From assembly GCA_964016885.1 (NCBI GenBank), contig OZ024741.1, forward strand, positions 335,854,001 through 335,918,000: a stretch of DNA of 64,000 nt. The letters run 5' to 3'. The position numbers and the translations under genes are program-made. The notes under the pieces are model-generated. The model saw only the letters and a program-made list of their open reading frames with translations, did not search any database and was not told the origin of the DNA. This document shows positions 14,451-29,057 of the stretch, piece after piece. Positions within the stretch are counted from its first letter, which is position 1. The number at the start of each line of letters is the position of its first letter. This stretch comes from Eledone cirrhosa (lineage: Eukaryota).

Positions 14451-14914
14451 AGTTCATTAGTATTTGTTGCTAACCAGTATAGAAGAAAGAAGAGAGAAAG
14501 AATGATTGAAAGAGAGTGTTGGCGTTGGTGAAGAGAAAGAAACTTTTGATGTAACAACACCAGACATATGGTTGTCACTCCTGTCTCTGTCAATGGAATC
14601 ATTATGCTGTGATTTTCAGCCAGAACAGTCAAACTGGTGCTTACCCAATGATCTTCATTGTTAGCAAGCAAAGAGAAGACAAAAAAAAAAAATAATTATA
14701 ATAACAATAATAATAATAATAATAATAATAGTAGTAATAAGATAGTGAATCAAAAAAATGTTTTAAAATAAAGGAACCAAACTAAACTAAACTCAACTGA
14801 ACTGATGGCAGTCACTGATCTTAATAAATAATAAACTCTAGTTTCTCTGTGAATGTTTAATATATATGTATGTGTGTGTGTGCATGTGTATATGTATGTA
14901 TGTGTATATGTATG

Positions 14915-14961
<47 letters not shown>

Positions 14962-15351
14962 GTGTGTATATATATATATATTTATATGTATATATATATA
15001 TGTGTGTGTGTATGTATATGTATATATATATATGTGTGTGTGTGTATATATATATATGTGTCTGTGTATATGTGTATATGTGTGTGTATATGTATGTGTA
15101 TGTGTGTGTATATGTATGTGTATATGTATGTTTGTCTTTATGTATATATGGAACTTACTACCTATCTTGCATCTTTGTGTTAAACTGTTTATCAATACAC
15201 TTGTATACACCTCTCTTTCCCATGTGTGTGTATTATATATATATATATATATATATATATCATCATCATCATCATTTTACGTCCGCTTTTCCCTGTTTGC
15301 AAATATATATAACTCTACATACAAATTGAGTGTTATATTGTTTTACTCTTG

Positions 15352-15383
<32 letters not shown>

Positions 15384-15387
<4 letters not shown>

Positions 15388-16321
15388 TAATATATATGAT
15401 AAACACAAAACGTGTTTGCATTGTAACAGACAAAGTTAGCTATTAATGAAATAAACTAATTAAAGTGAATACAATTTGTCTGTCTCGATATAAGTCAATA
15501 AAGACAAGCTTATATTGGCAAAGGCCGTGATACCTGGACAAATCTAAATTTCAAAATCCAAACCCGCTCCGTAGATGAATTTGAACCTCGAAACCTAAAT
15601 ATGTTTCGCAACGATGGTACATGAATTGAAAAATAAAGAGAATCGAAATGGAATTGAAATAAAAAGTGAAATATCCAAATCTTCTGTGCTTATCAACAGG
15701 AACCCAGTAAAATTAGTACATTCCACCATCAAAAATTTTGCAGGTCTGACTACACGTGTGCAGCCAGGCCAAACTAGCCGTCCCGCATTCCCGGTGCTAG
15801 AAATAACAGCCGTTTATGCGGGATTAAAGATCAGCTCTACAGTTAAGGAGCAATATACTATATTATATTTTGAGAATAAACTCTCAGTCGTTTACAATAA
15901 ATCAGCTCCAAGAAAGGGGCATTTCCGAGCAGTTAAATACATTAATATATATGATAAACACAAAACGTGTTTGCATTGTAACAGACAAAGTTAGCTATTA
16001 ATGAAATAAACTAATTAAAGTGAATACAATTTGTCTGTCTCGATATAAGTCAATAAAGACAAGCTTATATTGGCAAAGGCCGTGCTTCCTGGACAAATCT
16101 AAATTTCAAAATCCAAACCCGCTCCGTAGATGAATTTGAACCTCGAAACCTAAATATGTTTCGCAACGATGGTACATGAATTGAAAAATAAAGAGAATCG
16201 AAATGGAATTGAAATAAAAAGTGAAATATCCAAATGTACTAATTTTACTGGGTTCCTGTTGATAAGTACAGAAGATTTGGATATTTCACTTTTTATTTCA
16301 ATTCCATTTCGATTCTCTTTA
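15384..16321. repeat. 555-bp-period direct repeat (15384-15680 = 15939-16235) followed by an inverted copy of 15634-15722
   Basis: Near-identical direct copies; 16233-16321 is the reverse complement of part of the unit. Confidence 0.92.
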
Positions 16322-16526
16322 TGAGCAAGGCATGTTCCTGTATGAGCAAGGCATGTTTAGCCGACCAGACACTGCCCACAACAGGACAACCCGTCTAACC
16401 CATGCTAGCATGGAAGAACGGACATAAAACGGTGATGATGATGATGATGTATATATATCTTTGTGTGTGTATATATATATATATGGAAGAACAGACGTTA
16501 AACGGTGATGATGATGATGATGATGA
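16321..16526 (+). mobile_element. RTE-type 3' end with (GAT)n tails
   Basis: Matches 49735-49852 almost exactly (cccatgctagcatggaagaacggac.taaaacggtgatgatg). Confidence 0.85.
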
Positions 16527-17293
16527 TATACAGGGTTTAGAGAATATATGAACAATCATACAAACTAGAACATTTGAGTTTTGATAAATTTATGGCTTGC
16601 ATAAAAGAAACCCTATAGGTTATGTTGATTACTCATACATGGAAGCAATTGAAGATAAGAATGATATTTTAATATTTTCCTAGGATATCCAATTCAATCC
16701 GGGGCCTTCTCTCCTCCTCTTGGAGGAACCCCACTCTGGTTGAACTCTACCACTTTCTGTTTGAGTGGGTGGCTGTGACTCTGGGGAAGTCATCCACCCT
16801 TTTAACATATCTTGTTTTTGTGCTGCTGGGTTTCCACTTACACTCCTCACCTCCTCACCAGACTTGGGTCTGGTGGGGGGAGCTGGTTTAGTCACCAACC
16901 ACTCAACCATGAAGCAGGTTGTACTAGTTAACATGGTACCAATAGCAGGATATATTACATGAATGTTTAATATGTATGTAAAAATTACACACAGGATTAC
17001 AGTATGACTAATTATGGAGAAGTAACTATTTACAGAACCTTATAAGTGGAAAGCAAATTTCTTATTGTAGCAACATGACTGAAATCGGAAATGCATTCTG
17101 TGTATGTGTGTGCATGTAATGTTTTAAAAGTTATAGACATATATACATCAATATACAAACAAATATTTTAATTAATTGACTGATTAACAAGATCCCAGAC
17201 TTCAATCACTTACCAAGTCGGGTGGAACTCATCAAATCGGACAATATTTCCATTGGTCTTTCCATTGTTGATATTTTCGACTGGTTGTACCTC

Positions 17294-17353
<60 letters not shown>

Positions 17354-17401
17354 GTATATAAGATTGCATTGCTTTATTGTACTACAATAAAACTCACCTC
17401 C

Positions 17402-17801
<400 letters not shown>

Positions 17802-18589
17802 GTGGAACTTGTCAAATAGGACCAAGCAAACAATATTCCCATTGGTCTTTCCATTGCTGATATTATCTACTGGTTGCAACTCCTGGCAGAATATAAACAA
17901 ATATAGATGCTGTGTTGAATGATGAAAGAGGGCAAGATTGATGTTGGTGAACGTTTGGTTTTTATAAATGGTAAAAATGTACTCAATACATGGTGTATGT
18001 ATATTTTATTGAAGTATCTAGCTGGTCAAACAATTGAACAATTTTTAAATAACTGTAATTATGTTTGGTGATGGTAGTGATGATTGTGTTTTGAGTGTGT
18101 GTACACACCTACACACTCACAAACAAACACACATACAGATGTACACTTAGTTACACATAGATATACACATATAGCTGTCAATGCTTTTACTAAGTTAGGA
18201 TACATCAAGTAACGAACATTGATTGTTGTTTAGATAGATGTGATATGTTAGCTCTACTGATTGTTTTTGTGGCTGAATGTTGTAAACCACAGGAATGGGA
18301 AACAAGATCATCTGTTGGAGGCAAAAAATAGAACAAAAACCTGCAGGGGGTCACCTAGGAGTCATAACCTTTGCAGGCCTGGCTCCTTTAAAAAGTTAGG
18401 AGGGGTCAAAGGCTGAAACACTTGCTTGGTGGAAGTTCTTCCACTTGCCTTGTCCTGAGTTTCCACCTACTTAACTAATAGATGTCTTTACATACTTTGC
18501 TATAATGATTATATACAAGTGAGAAGTATATTGCTTCATGTGTGCATTCCTGTGTATGTTTGTGGCTGTATACGGACATACATTCCCTT

Positions 18590-18631
<42 letters not shown>

Positions 18632-18632
18632 T

Positions 18633-18880
18633 TTCTTCTTCTTCTTCTTCTTCTTCTTCTTCTTCTTCTTCTTCTTCTGCTTTTTTTCTTCTTCTTCTGC
18701 TTCTTCTTCCTGAGAGGGTTATGGTGCCAGAGTCCTTAGACATGCCTTCCAGAAGGCCCTATCAGAAGCCACCATCTGCAAGTGATGTGCTTAGTGAGAC
18801 CAGCCCAGCTTATATATGTTGTCCAACCATCTTACTCGTGGTCTACCTCTGGCTCTCCTGTCAATTGGCTTTGCCCAGAA
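18633..18880 (-). mobile_element. 3' remnant of a second RTE-like family with a (GAA)n tail
   Basis: Minus strand reads RARGRPRVRWLDNI...MVASDRAFWKACLRTLAP* (with a frameshift) directly before the (GAA)n run. Confidence 0.7.
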
Positions 18881-18976
18881 AATCTGAGTATATATTATAT
18901 CATTATTTAAAAATGTAGAAATTATCAGTGTCATCATCAACATCATCATCATCGTTATTATTATTATTATTATTAA

Positions 18977-19442
18977 GAGGGCAGTGGATTTGCAGTGTTG
19001 GTAGAGCGTCAGACACCATTCGTTGCAGCGTAGAGTTATGGCCCTTTACGTTCTGAGTTCAAATCCGCCGAGGTTAACTTTGTCTTTCACCCTTATGGGG
19101 TTGAAAAAATAAAGCACCATTAATGCACTGGGTAATTGCTGGCCTTGTGCCTAAAGTAGATATAATTAATGCACTGGGTAATTGCTGGCCTTGTGCCTAA
19201 AGTAGAAACAATTATTAAAGGTGATGGATTGACAGTATCGGTAAAGTGTCAGGCACCATACTTTGCAGCATATAGTTATGGCCCTTTATGTTATAATTTC
19301 AAATCCTGCCGAGGTTAGCCTTGCCTTTCATCCTTACGTGGTTGATAAAATAAAGCACCAGTAATGCACTAGGGTCAATTTAATCGACTTTACCCTCTCC
19401 CCAAATTGCTGGCCTTGTACCTATAGTAGAACAATTATTATT
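18977..19442 (+). mobile_element. tandem SINE family A copies
   Basis: Two full copies plus a duplicated tail. Confidence 0.9.
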
Positions 19443-20499
19443 ATAGTTGTTGTTATTAATATTATCATCATTATTATTATTATTTTTACATCTCTCCAGT
19501 ATGAATTATCATCAGATTAAAAGACTATGGGACATTTTATCAGAATCACTCTCAGATTTTAGGAACTGATTATTTTTAATAACAGCCCCCTCCACTGCCA
19601 CCTTTCCTTTTCCTCTGGTTCCCTCTCTTTTTTACTCTCTATTTGAATATTTTGTTTGATTATTTTCTTGTATCCAGTTTTGATTTTATTATTTATCTTT
19701 ATTTTTACTTTTGTTGTTTTTTATATTATTTTTATTTATTTATTATTCTAGTACATCAATGTCCATATTTTGTTGACTACTTTCTTTGTTTTGTTTTATA
19801 TATTTGTATGTTGTTGCCATTATTATATTTTTATTTTATTTTATGTTTTTATATCTCTGATACCACACTCGTTTCTGATGTTAGCGTGAGCTGAATTTTA
19901 AATGGTCTCTACAAACCGATAGTACTGAGTAAAAATCTATTTTAATATTGTTTGTGTTCAATCAAAATTTTGTTGAATACGCACCACCACAATTACTCAA
20001 GTAATTCAAAGAGTCACGGCAATTTTGTTGTTCTTGATGTTGTGTTGCAGTTTTTTAAAGTATTTTTTTAATTTTTTATTTTATTTTATTTATTTATTTT
20101 TTTTTGGTAAATTTAAAAGCCTTCCTTTAGTATCTCAACTATTTAGAATTAATTCTTGTTTCAAGTCTCCTCTCATATAAACCAGACTGAATTCATTTAT
20201 AATACACTGAAGTAGTATAAGATTGAAAATACACCATATTGGCATTAATGCAACGAGACATCTTTGGTCTTAAACAGGCCTTGTAATGACAGCAGTGTAT
20301 TATTTTAAGACTAACATATTCACTGTTACAAATGGTCTTCATAAGTGAACTAGCACGTATCTACTATAACTGTAACTGGCTTTCTTATATTTCTTAACAC
20401 TTTTATTATTATTATGGTTCATTTTTGTAAATCTCAGACACTTAGATGTTAAATGATTTGGATATTTCAATTAGGAGCAGTCAACAACAACTTGACAAA

Positions 20500-20650
20500 G
20501 GTTCCTCACTGCATCCTTTCCTGTGCCTTACATAGACAAGGCTTTTCTTAAAATACTTGCTGTACCAAGAAGTGCTGTCTTCTGCATGACTTGTAACCTT
20601 GCATCAATTCCAATTTTATTTACACAGTCCTCAAAACTGTCCGATGTGCA
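20500..20650 (-). mobile_element. R4/Dong-clade non-LTR remnant (C-terminus)
   Basis: Minus strand reads QVMQKTALLGTASILRK. Confidence 0.7.
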
Positions 20651-20899
20651 TTAAGAAACAATTATTATTATAAATTTTGTTGTTGTTGTTGTTGTTGTTG
20701 TTATCATGATCATTATTATTATTATTGACATTTTGCTCAGTAAATATCATGATTGTTGGCTATTTTATTGTGTGTCGCGTCTCAACAAGGATCTTAGACA
20801 GATATTACTTTCCTGAAAATGTTTTCTGTGCTCAACATGGTAGTCTTTTTTTTTTTTTTATAGAAAAGCAATTTGTGATTCAAGGTTTATTTGTTTAAG

Positions 20900-21365
20900 A
20901 TACCCTCAACAATCTGGCACCTACACCTATCTCTGTGCATAACTACAATATCGGGTCTGTTATGTTCAAGCCTGTGGTATGTTTTGATTGCTGTTATTAT
21001 TGTTATTATTATTTCTTTTATCTTAGGTTTTATCCTAGATTCTTTCATGAGTAGTGGGCTTGCTACATGCAGCCTATGGTACCATGTTATGTGTTATCTT
21101 CAACTAGCTAGTACTTTTCTGATAATCTTGGCTGTGCCAAGGAGGCAAAAGTTTTGTAATAGCTCTACTAGACATTCTATTCCTATTTTGTTTATGTTCC
21201 TCTCAATATCCTTTGATATTGTCCCCAAGGCCCCAAAACAATCATCACCTTTTTCATCTTCCATTGTCAGGCTATCTCATATTTAAGACAACTCTACATG
21301 TCTACTTTCTCATCTTTATTAACTATCCATGTGTCAAATTGGCAAGCAACATCAATTACAACACA
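20900..21365 (-). mobile_element. R4/Dong-clade remnants (REL endonuclease region)
   Basis: Minus strand reads LEHNRPDIVV (20935-20975) and IDVACQFD...GALGTISK...LLQNFCLLGTAKIIRKVL (21105-21360), with a (TAA)n tail. Confidence 0.75.
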
Positions 21366-21400
21366 AATGATTTATTTATTGTCATTATTATTATTATTAT

Positions 21401-22062
21401 TACGGGGTCGATAAAATAAAGTACCAGTAATGCACTGGGTAATTGCTGGCCTTGTGCCTAAAGTAGAAACAATTATTATTATTATTATTATTATTATAGG
21501 GCAGTGGTTTAGCAGTATTGGTAGAGTGTTTTGTAGCATAGAGTTATGGCCCTTTGCGTTCTGAATTCAAATCCCGTCAAGTTTAGCATTGCCTTTCATC
21601 CTTACGGGGTCGATAACATAAAGTATCAGTAATGCACTGGGGTTGATTTAATCGGCTTTCCCCCTCCCCCAAAATTGCTGGTCCTGTGCCTATATAAGAA
21701 ACCATTATTATTATTATAGGGCAGTGAATTATTATAGGGCGGTGAATTGGCAGTATCAGTAGAGGGTTGGATGCCATACTTTCTAGCATAGTTACGTCCC
21801 TTTATGGTCTGAGTTCAAATCCCGTCGAGGTTAACTTTGCCTTTCATCCTTATGGGGTCGATAAAATAAAGTACCATTAATGCACTGGGTAATTGCTGGC
21901 CTTGTGCCAAAAGTAGAAACAATTATTATTATAGGGCAGTAGATTAGCAGTGTGGGTAGAGCGTTGGACACCATGCGTATCACTCATGCACCGGGGTTGA
22001 TTTAATCGACTTTCCTCTCTCTCAAAGTTACTGGCCTTGTGCCTAAATCAGAAACAATTATT
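21401..22062 (+). mobile_element. head-to-tail array of SINE family A
   Basis: About four full or partial copies joined by (TTA)n. Confidence 0.9.
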
Positions 22063-22444
22063 ATTTGTTTGATTTTGAGAAATGTCCTTCATAGCTCTTC
22101 CAAGATTCTGTGAGATTGACATGGTCAATGTTGCTCCTGAACAGGGAGAGAATTCCAGAACGATGACATAGGAGAAAGGACTCAAAATAATGGTTTTTGT
22201 GCACTGGCTTAATATCGGTGATGAGAGGAAGAGAGAGAGACAAGTAACTCAAGAGAACATGTGGAGATGGGCCAAGTCCAACCCATTAGCTCAAAGGAGT
22301 AGAGGTTTCTGTAGCAGAAATAAAACAAAGACAGAGAGGAGAGATTTGTGGATCTGAAGCTGGAAGGAGTTGAACAACTTCCTACTAATCAGTTGGGTGG
22401 CCTTTCTTTAGATGCCATCTAATATCTCTCTTCGGGTACTTAGA

Positions 22445-22822
22445 CATCATCATCATCTTCATCCTCATTATTTTATATCTGCTTTTTCATGCTTACATAA
22501 TTTGGGCAAGTCCTCTGCAACACAGCCTTGCTCCATTCACAGCATTCCTAAATCTTCGTTTCTGTGAGCTTCAGCATATTCTGATCAGCTCTAACCATCT
22601 CTGCATGGGTTGGGCAGGTCCTCTCTAACACAGCCTCTCTCCACTCACAGCATTCCTACATCATCTCTTGTGTGAACTTCAATATATTCTGATCAACTCT
22701 AACCACTTCTGCTGAAGTCTTTCTAGGTCTTCCTCTACTGCAGAAGTTATTTCCACTGGCACTCCTTGGCACTTCTTCATCCAGTGTTCATCATCCATAC
22801 ACATCACATGTCCATACAGTCT
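22445..22822 (-). mobile_element. old RTE 3' remnant with a duplicated end
   Basis: Minus strand reads RLYGHVMCMDDEHWMKKC...RGRPRKT...WREAVLER; 22500-22600 duplicates 22610-22710; (GAT)n tail. Confidence 0.75.
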
Positions 22823-23544
22823 TTTCTTTAAATTATATACACTAGCAAATTCTTACGTTTTGCTTATCAGTTCAGTTTATCAGAATTTTTCATAGACATT
22901 CTTCAGTATTTTGTATCTAAGTAGCTAAGGGCCCTGACTGTGTTTAGAGCCTTATTATTACTCATGAAAATTTCATTTATTGAATAAAATTTATATTAAA
23001 TCATCATTTTTTTTACTAATTACTTTTGAATCTAGAAGAAAAAAAAGTGTTATTGTGTTAACAAAACGAAAACCAAAACACACACACAGACACACACAAA
23101 AAGAAAGCAATCGAAGCTTTTACTTTAATAATCTAAATCAGCACAAGTTATACTAAGAGAAAATGAAATAAAACAGTCTTAATGGAAAAACAATGAATCT
23201 AAAATATATAAAACAATGTCAAAAATTCAGTTGATATTCTAAAAGCTAAAGAATTTTCCACCTTTTGATTTAATTACATTGAAAACAATTGTTTTTATTC
23301 CTCATTCAATTTTAATTTTAATTCACTAATTACCCTATATTCCTCTTCTCTGAACAAAACTCTTCTAATAATGAATTTAAAACATTTTAAAATGTCAAAA
23401 ATTGATGGGAAGTGGAAAAATAAAACATCTAAAAATGTAATGCTTAATATTAAGGAGAAAAATCAATAATATTTTCCTCTCAACACAGAAGATTGATTAA
23501 AAACGTGATTCAATTTTCAATACCTTATTTCTGTAGAAGACATG

Positions 23545-24640
23545 TGTTTAGTGAGATAACAGTCATATGTTGGGTGGATAGCAGAGTGTATAATATGCTA
23601 GATGGATAACAAAGTGTGTTATATCCTAGGTTGATAATAAAGTGTATTATGCTAGGTTGATAATAAAGTGTGGTAATATCCTAGATGGATAATACATTAT
23701 GTTACATCTTATATTGATAGCAGAGTCTTATATCCTAGATAGATAACAAAGTGTATTGTATTCTAGGTTGATAATAAAGTGTATTATATGCTAGGTTGAT
23801 AATAAAGTGTTAAATACTAGGTTGATAACCATGTGTTATATCCTAAATGGATAACAAAGTGTATTATATCCTAGATGGATAACAAAGTGTGTTATATCAT
23901 AGATTGATAACAAAGTGTTATATCCTAGCTGGATAACAAAGTGTTATAACCTAGGTTGATAGTAAAGTGTTATATCTGAGATGGATGACAGTGTATGTTA
24001 TATCCTAGATGGATAACAAAGTGTTACATGCTAGATGGATATTAAAATGTATTATATTCTAGGTTGATAATAAAGTGTTAAATGCTAGGTTGATAACAGA
24101 GTGTGGTATATCCTAGATGGATAATAAAGTGATATTTCATAGGTGGATAACTGCAATATGTTTAATCAAATAACAGTTATATGCTAGGTGGATAACTATT
24201 ATATATTGGGTTGATAACTGTTATATGTGAGGTGGATAACTGTTATATGATAGGTGGATAACAGTTCTGTTGGATGGATAATTGTTATATGCTAAATGGA
24301 TAACTATTATATATGCTTTCCAGCATAGTTACGTCCCTTTACGATCTGAGTTCAAATCCCGCCGAGGTTGACTTTGCCTTTCATCCTTACGGGGTCGATA
24401 AAATAAAGTACCAGTAATACACTGGGTAATTGCTGGCCTTGTGCATAACGTAGAAACAATTATATGCAAGGTGGATAACTGTTATATGTTGGATAGATAG
24501 CTGTTATATGTTAGGCAAATAACTGTTATATGTTGGTCGGATAACTTATATTTTGGATGGATAGCTTATATATGTTAGGCAAATAACTGTTATATGTTGG
24601 TTGGATAACTGTTAAAAGTTAGGCAAATAACTGATATATA
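23545..24640. repeat. degenerate minisatellite (atatcctagatggataacaaagtgt, grading into tgttatatgttaggtggataac), interrupted by a SINE A at 24314-24462
   Basis: Direct reading; unit shortens from about 28-30 to about 22 bp. Confidence 0.9.
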
Positions 24641-25500
24641 TTAGGCAAATACCAGTCCTCATATAACTCTTTATCTTTTTCATATACACTTACACATACA
24701 TACACTCTCTCTCACACACATACACACACTCTCTCACCCACACATACACACACATACTCACCTTCTTTCTCATATACATACACACATTCTCTCACACCCA
24801 TACTTTATTTCTCTCTCTGTCACATGCGCACCTGTACACTCTCACTCACACACACACACACACACACTCACTCTTTTTCATGCACATACACACTATCTCA
24901 TACACATACATATGTTCTTTCTCATATACACACTCTCGCTCACACCTATACTCTCTTTCTTTTTCAGTTACATACACACACCCCCCACACACACAACACA
25001 CATTCTTTCTCATACACATACTCTCTTTCTCTCTCTGACACATACACATACTCTCTTTTCCTGACACATACACATACTTTCTTTCTCTCTCTGATACCTA
25101 AACACACACATGCTCTCTTTCTCTCTCTGACACATACACACACACCTACTCTCCCTCATATACCCCTTCTCCTCCTCTCACACAATACACACCTCACCTC
25201 ACTCTCAGTAGCTTAGAAACAAAGTTTTCCATCTCTGAGAAGGGGGACTTATTTCCCAGTGTGGTATCTATTATATACTGTAAACCAGTGGAGTAAATTA
25301 AATCCATTTGGGAAAGATATCTTCTTATCTTGATGCCAGTAATGGTAGAAATGGTAGTTGATCTAAATATAATACACACAGGAAGAATAAGAGATATATT
25401 TAGAAGAACTGAAAGAATTACAGATGTCTCATTATGTTGCTTTAAAATCTACTTGCTGACAAAGTTGAAGTTTGGTTTCCTTGTCTCTTTCCATGTGACT

Positions 25501-25781
25501 CTTTTCCCTGCACCTCATTGGCTGCAGCAGGCATCACACACATACATACAGACACTCATATACAGACACTAACACTTACATACAATACAAACACACAGAC
25601 ACTTACATATACTGCTTGACAGGACTGCAGACCTCCCTTTCATATGTCTCTATAACACATACCGTTAATACTTGCCATGCAGCAGCAGTAGCAGTAACTA
25701 TATAACTAAAACTCTACAGCAGGATGCACTTCTTTTTCTGTTAAATGACTGACAGGAAAATATATACAGAGACAAGTAAGT
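25501..25781 (+). promoter_or_regulatory. candidate promoter / non-coding first exon
   Basis: Inverted CCAAT box (CATTGGCTG, 25516-25524) in a unique island, then CAA|GTAAGT at 25776. Inference only. Confidence 0.25.
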
Positions 25782-26164
25782 AGTTGTTTCTTAAAACATT
25801 TCAAACAAACGAAACAAAAAATGTTTTTTTCTTATTGTATATATATATATATATATGTCCTTTGTTGTCAACATGGGAATTATGACTAACAAAAGAGAAA
25901 ACAGGTAGATAAAAAAAAAACACAAAATACAAAAGAAAAAGTACTTTTGAATAACAATACAAATATTTTAAAATTGAAAAAGTGAGGAATAATTTATTTT
26001 GTTTTGAAAAATGTTGGTAAACATTTATAGAAGTATAATCAAGAAGTATATATTTTATAATGAAACTGATGCTTGCTCTGTCATCAAAATACATGTTTAT
26101 ATATTTCTTTAGTTTTTACTTACCATTGTATATGTTTAGGTTGTTGGTGTTGTTTTGGGGGTGT

Positions 26165-26275
26165 TTTTATGTGTGCGGTTATATATATGTGTGTGTGTAT
26201 ATATATAATATATGTATAGAGAGATATATAGATTGTGTGTGTTTGTGTATATATATATATATATATATATATACA

Positions 26276-26311
<36 letters not shown>

Positions 26312-26317
26312 TGGATG

Positions 26318-26348
<31 letters not shown>

Positions 26349-26427
26349 TTTATGTATATATATTTATATGTGTGTATGTATATATGTATATATTTTTGTA
26401 TGCATGTGTATATATGGCTATGTATGT

Positions 26428-26482
<55 letters not shown>

Positions 26483-26498
26483 TATATACACACACACG

Positions 26499-26536
<38 letters not shown>

Positions 26537-26880
26537 CAAACATACACATTTATAGTTCCAATGCATACTCTGAAGAAAGTACTTTCATTCTCATGTAAAA
26601 TGGAAAAAATAAATTCCCCAGACAGTGTCTACATGAAATAAACACTGGGTTAAATTTTAAAAACATTTACACCTGTCAATATTTGGGGGTGGGTGGTCTA
26701 TCTGTCTCTTGTTAGAAATATATTGTATGCATCTATCATGCACACACACACATATATATGCATGTACATATATGCATATATATATATATGTTTATATATG
26801 TGTGTATATATATGTATATATATATATGTGTGTGTGTGTGTGTATATACATATTTATATATATATTTTTATGTATATGTA

Positions 26881-26912
<32 letters not shown>

Positions 26913-26988
26913 TATATATTTATATATATATATATTTATTTATATGTATATCTATCTATCTATCCATATATATATATATATGTGTGTA

Positions 26989-27025
<37 letters not shown>

Positions 27026-27098
27026 ATATATGTATATATATATATGTGTATATGTATATATATATATATATGTGTGTATGTATGTGTATATATATATA

Positions 27099-27173
<75 letters not shown>

Positions 27174-27654
27174 CTCTCTATCTATCCATATATATATATA
27201 TATGTATATTTATTTATCTATTCATATATATATATATATATATATATGTATATCTATCTATCCATATATGTATATATATATATTTATGTACCTTGGTGTA
27301 TATATATATGTGTATATGTGTGTGTTTGTGTGGCTTTATCATTCCATGATTTCCACTGCTTGCTTCTAAAACAATTTCATTCAAACACCCCACCTTTCTT
27401 TTTTAAATTGTTAAGAAATCAAAACTAAATCAGCCCAAATTAGCAAAAATTTAATTTAAAGGTAGAAAATAAACAAAAATAGGAACAGCTGTATACACAT
27501 ATCTCACCTGTCTAATTATACATATTAAAGGCACACCTTCATACATATTCACACACACAACACATACACAATGACACATAAACACAGAAATACACATACA
27601 TACACACTCACAATGCATACATAGGTAGACATACATCTATACAGACATACACAC

Positions 27655-27699
<45 letters not shown>

Positions 27700-27755
27700 A
27701 TATATGTGTATATATATATATGTATATATGTGTATATGTATATATATATATATAC

Positions 27756-27812
<57 letters not shown>

Positions 27813-27923
27813 ATATATATATATATGTATGTATATATATATATATGTGTGTATATATATATAAGTATGTATATGTATGTATATATATATGTATATATAT
27901 ATGTATGTATATATATATGTATG

Positions 27924-27972
<49 letters not shown>

Positions 27973-28077
27973 GTATGTACGCATATATATATGTATATAT
28001 ATATACGTATGTACGTATGTATATATATATATATATATGTATATATATGTATGTATATATGTATATATATGAATATA

Positions 28078-28145
<68 letters not shown>

Positions 28146-28270
28146 CATGTATATATGTATGTATATATGTATGTATGTGTATACATATATAGATGTATAT
28201 ATATAGATGCATGTGTATATATATAGATGCATGTATATACATACATATATATATATATATGTATGTATAT
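26165..28270. repeat. (TA)n/(TG)n/(TATG)n microsatellite blocks (similar blocks at 14.9-15.4, 17.3-17.55, 28.6-29.3, 35.0-37.6, 49.2-50.1, 60.6-61.1 and 62.1-62.7 kb)
   Basis: Direct reading; source of all YI/VC-rich ORFs. Confidence 0.97.
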
Positions 28271-28610
28271 GGAGGCACATGTCTTAGTGGTTAGAGCATT
28301 GGCCTTGCTAGCGAAAGGTTGTGAGTTCAATTCTCAGACCGGGTGATGTGTTGTTTCCTTGAGCAAGACACTTTATTTCACATTCTCTAGTTTACTCAGC
28401 TGTAGAAATGAGATGATAGGGACTGGGGTCCATATCATTCCACTGCAAAGTGGTCGTGGAGGTGACACGGCAAAAAAGCATCCAGTGCTCACTGTAAATG
28501 TGGTTGGTGTTAGGAAGGGCATCCAGCTGTAGAAATAAAGCCAGAATCAGTTCCTGTCCCACCCTTGCAAGCAGGGAAAAAGCGGACATAAAATTAAATG
28601 AAAAATGATA
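28271..28610 (+). mobile_element. full-length SINE family B
   Basis: GGAGGCACATGTCTTAGTGG head, GAGTTCAATTC B box, RTE-like 3' end gcaagcagggaaaaagcggacataaa; inserted in (TA)n. Confidence 0.9.
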
Positions 28611-29023
28611 TGTATGTATATATATATGTGTGTGTGTATATATATATATATGCATGTGTGTATATATATATATATTCACACATGCATATACACACACGCA
28701 CAAATATACATAAACTCTTAAAACACAGATTTTGATTGAAATATCTGGCCTGGCAAATTAATTTTGCAGTCCAAACAGATTTAAACAAATTTCTTTCCAA
28801 ATACTTTTACTGAGGAATATATTTAGCTTTTAATTTTAAGTTTTACAGTTAAATGATTTTTCTTTGTCTTTAACTTTCATAGAATCTGTTGTGTGTAATA
28901 AGCCTTCTGCATATATATGTATTTAATACATGTATATATTTTGCAAGAAAACATGTAGACTATACACATATATAAAGATGTGTAATGCTGTGTGTGTATG
29001 TCTCTCTCTGTCTATATGTATAA

Positions 29024-29057
<34 letters not shown>

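Noticed and set aside
15614-15994. 126-aa ORF
   Set aside because: Runs across the junction of a tandem repeat unit; no recognisable domain.
16680-16934. 84-aa minus-strand ORF in a GC-richer patch
   Set aside because: No recognisable motif; more likely a retroelement UTR remnant, which I cannot assign.
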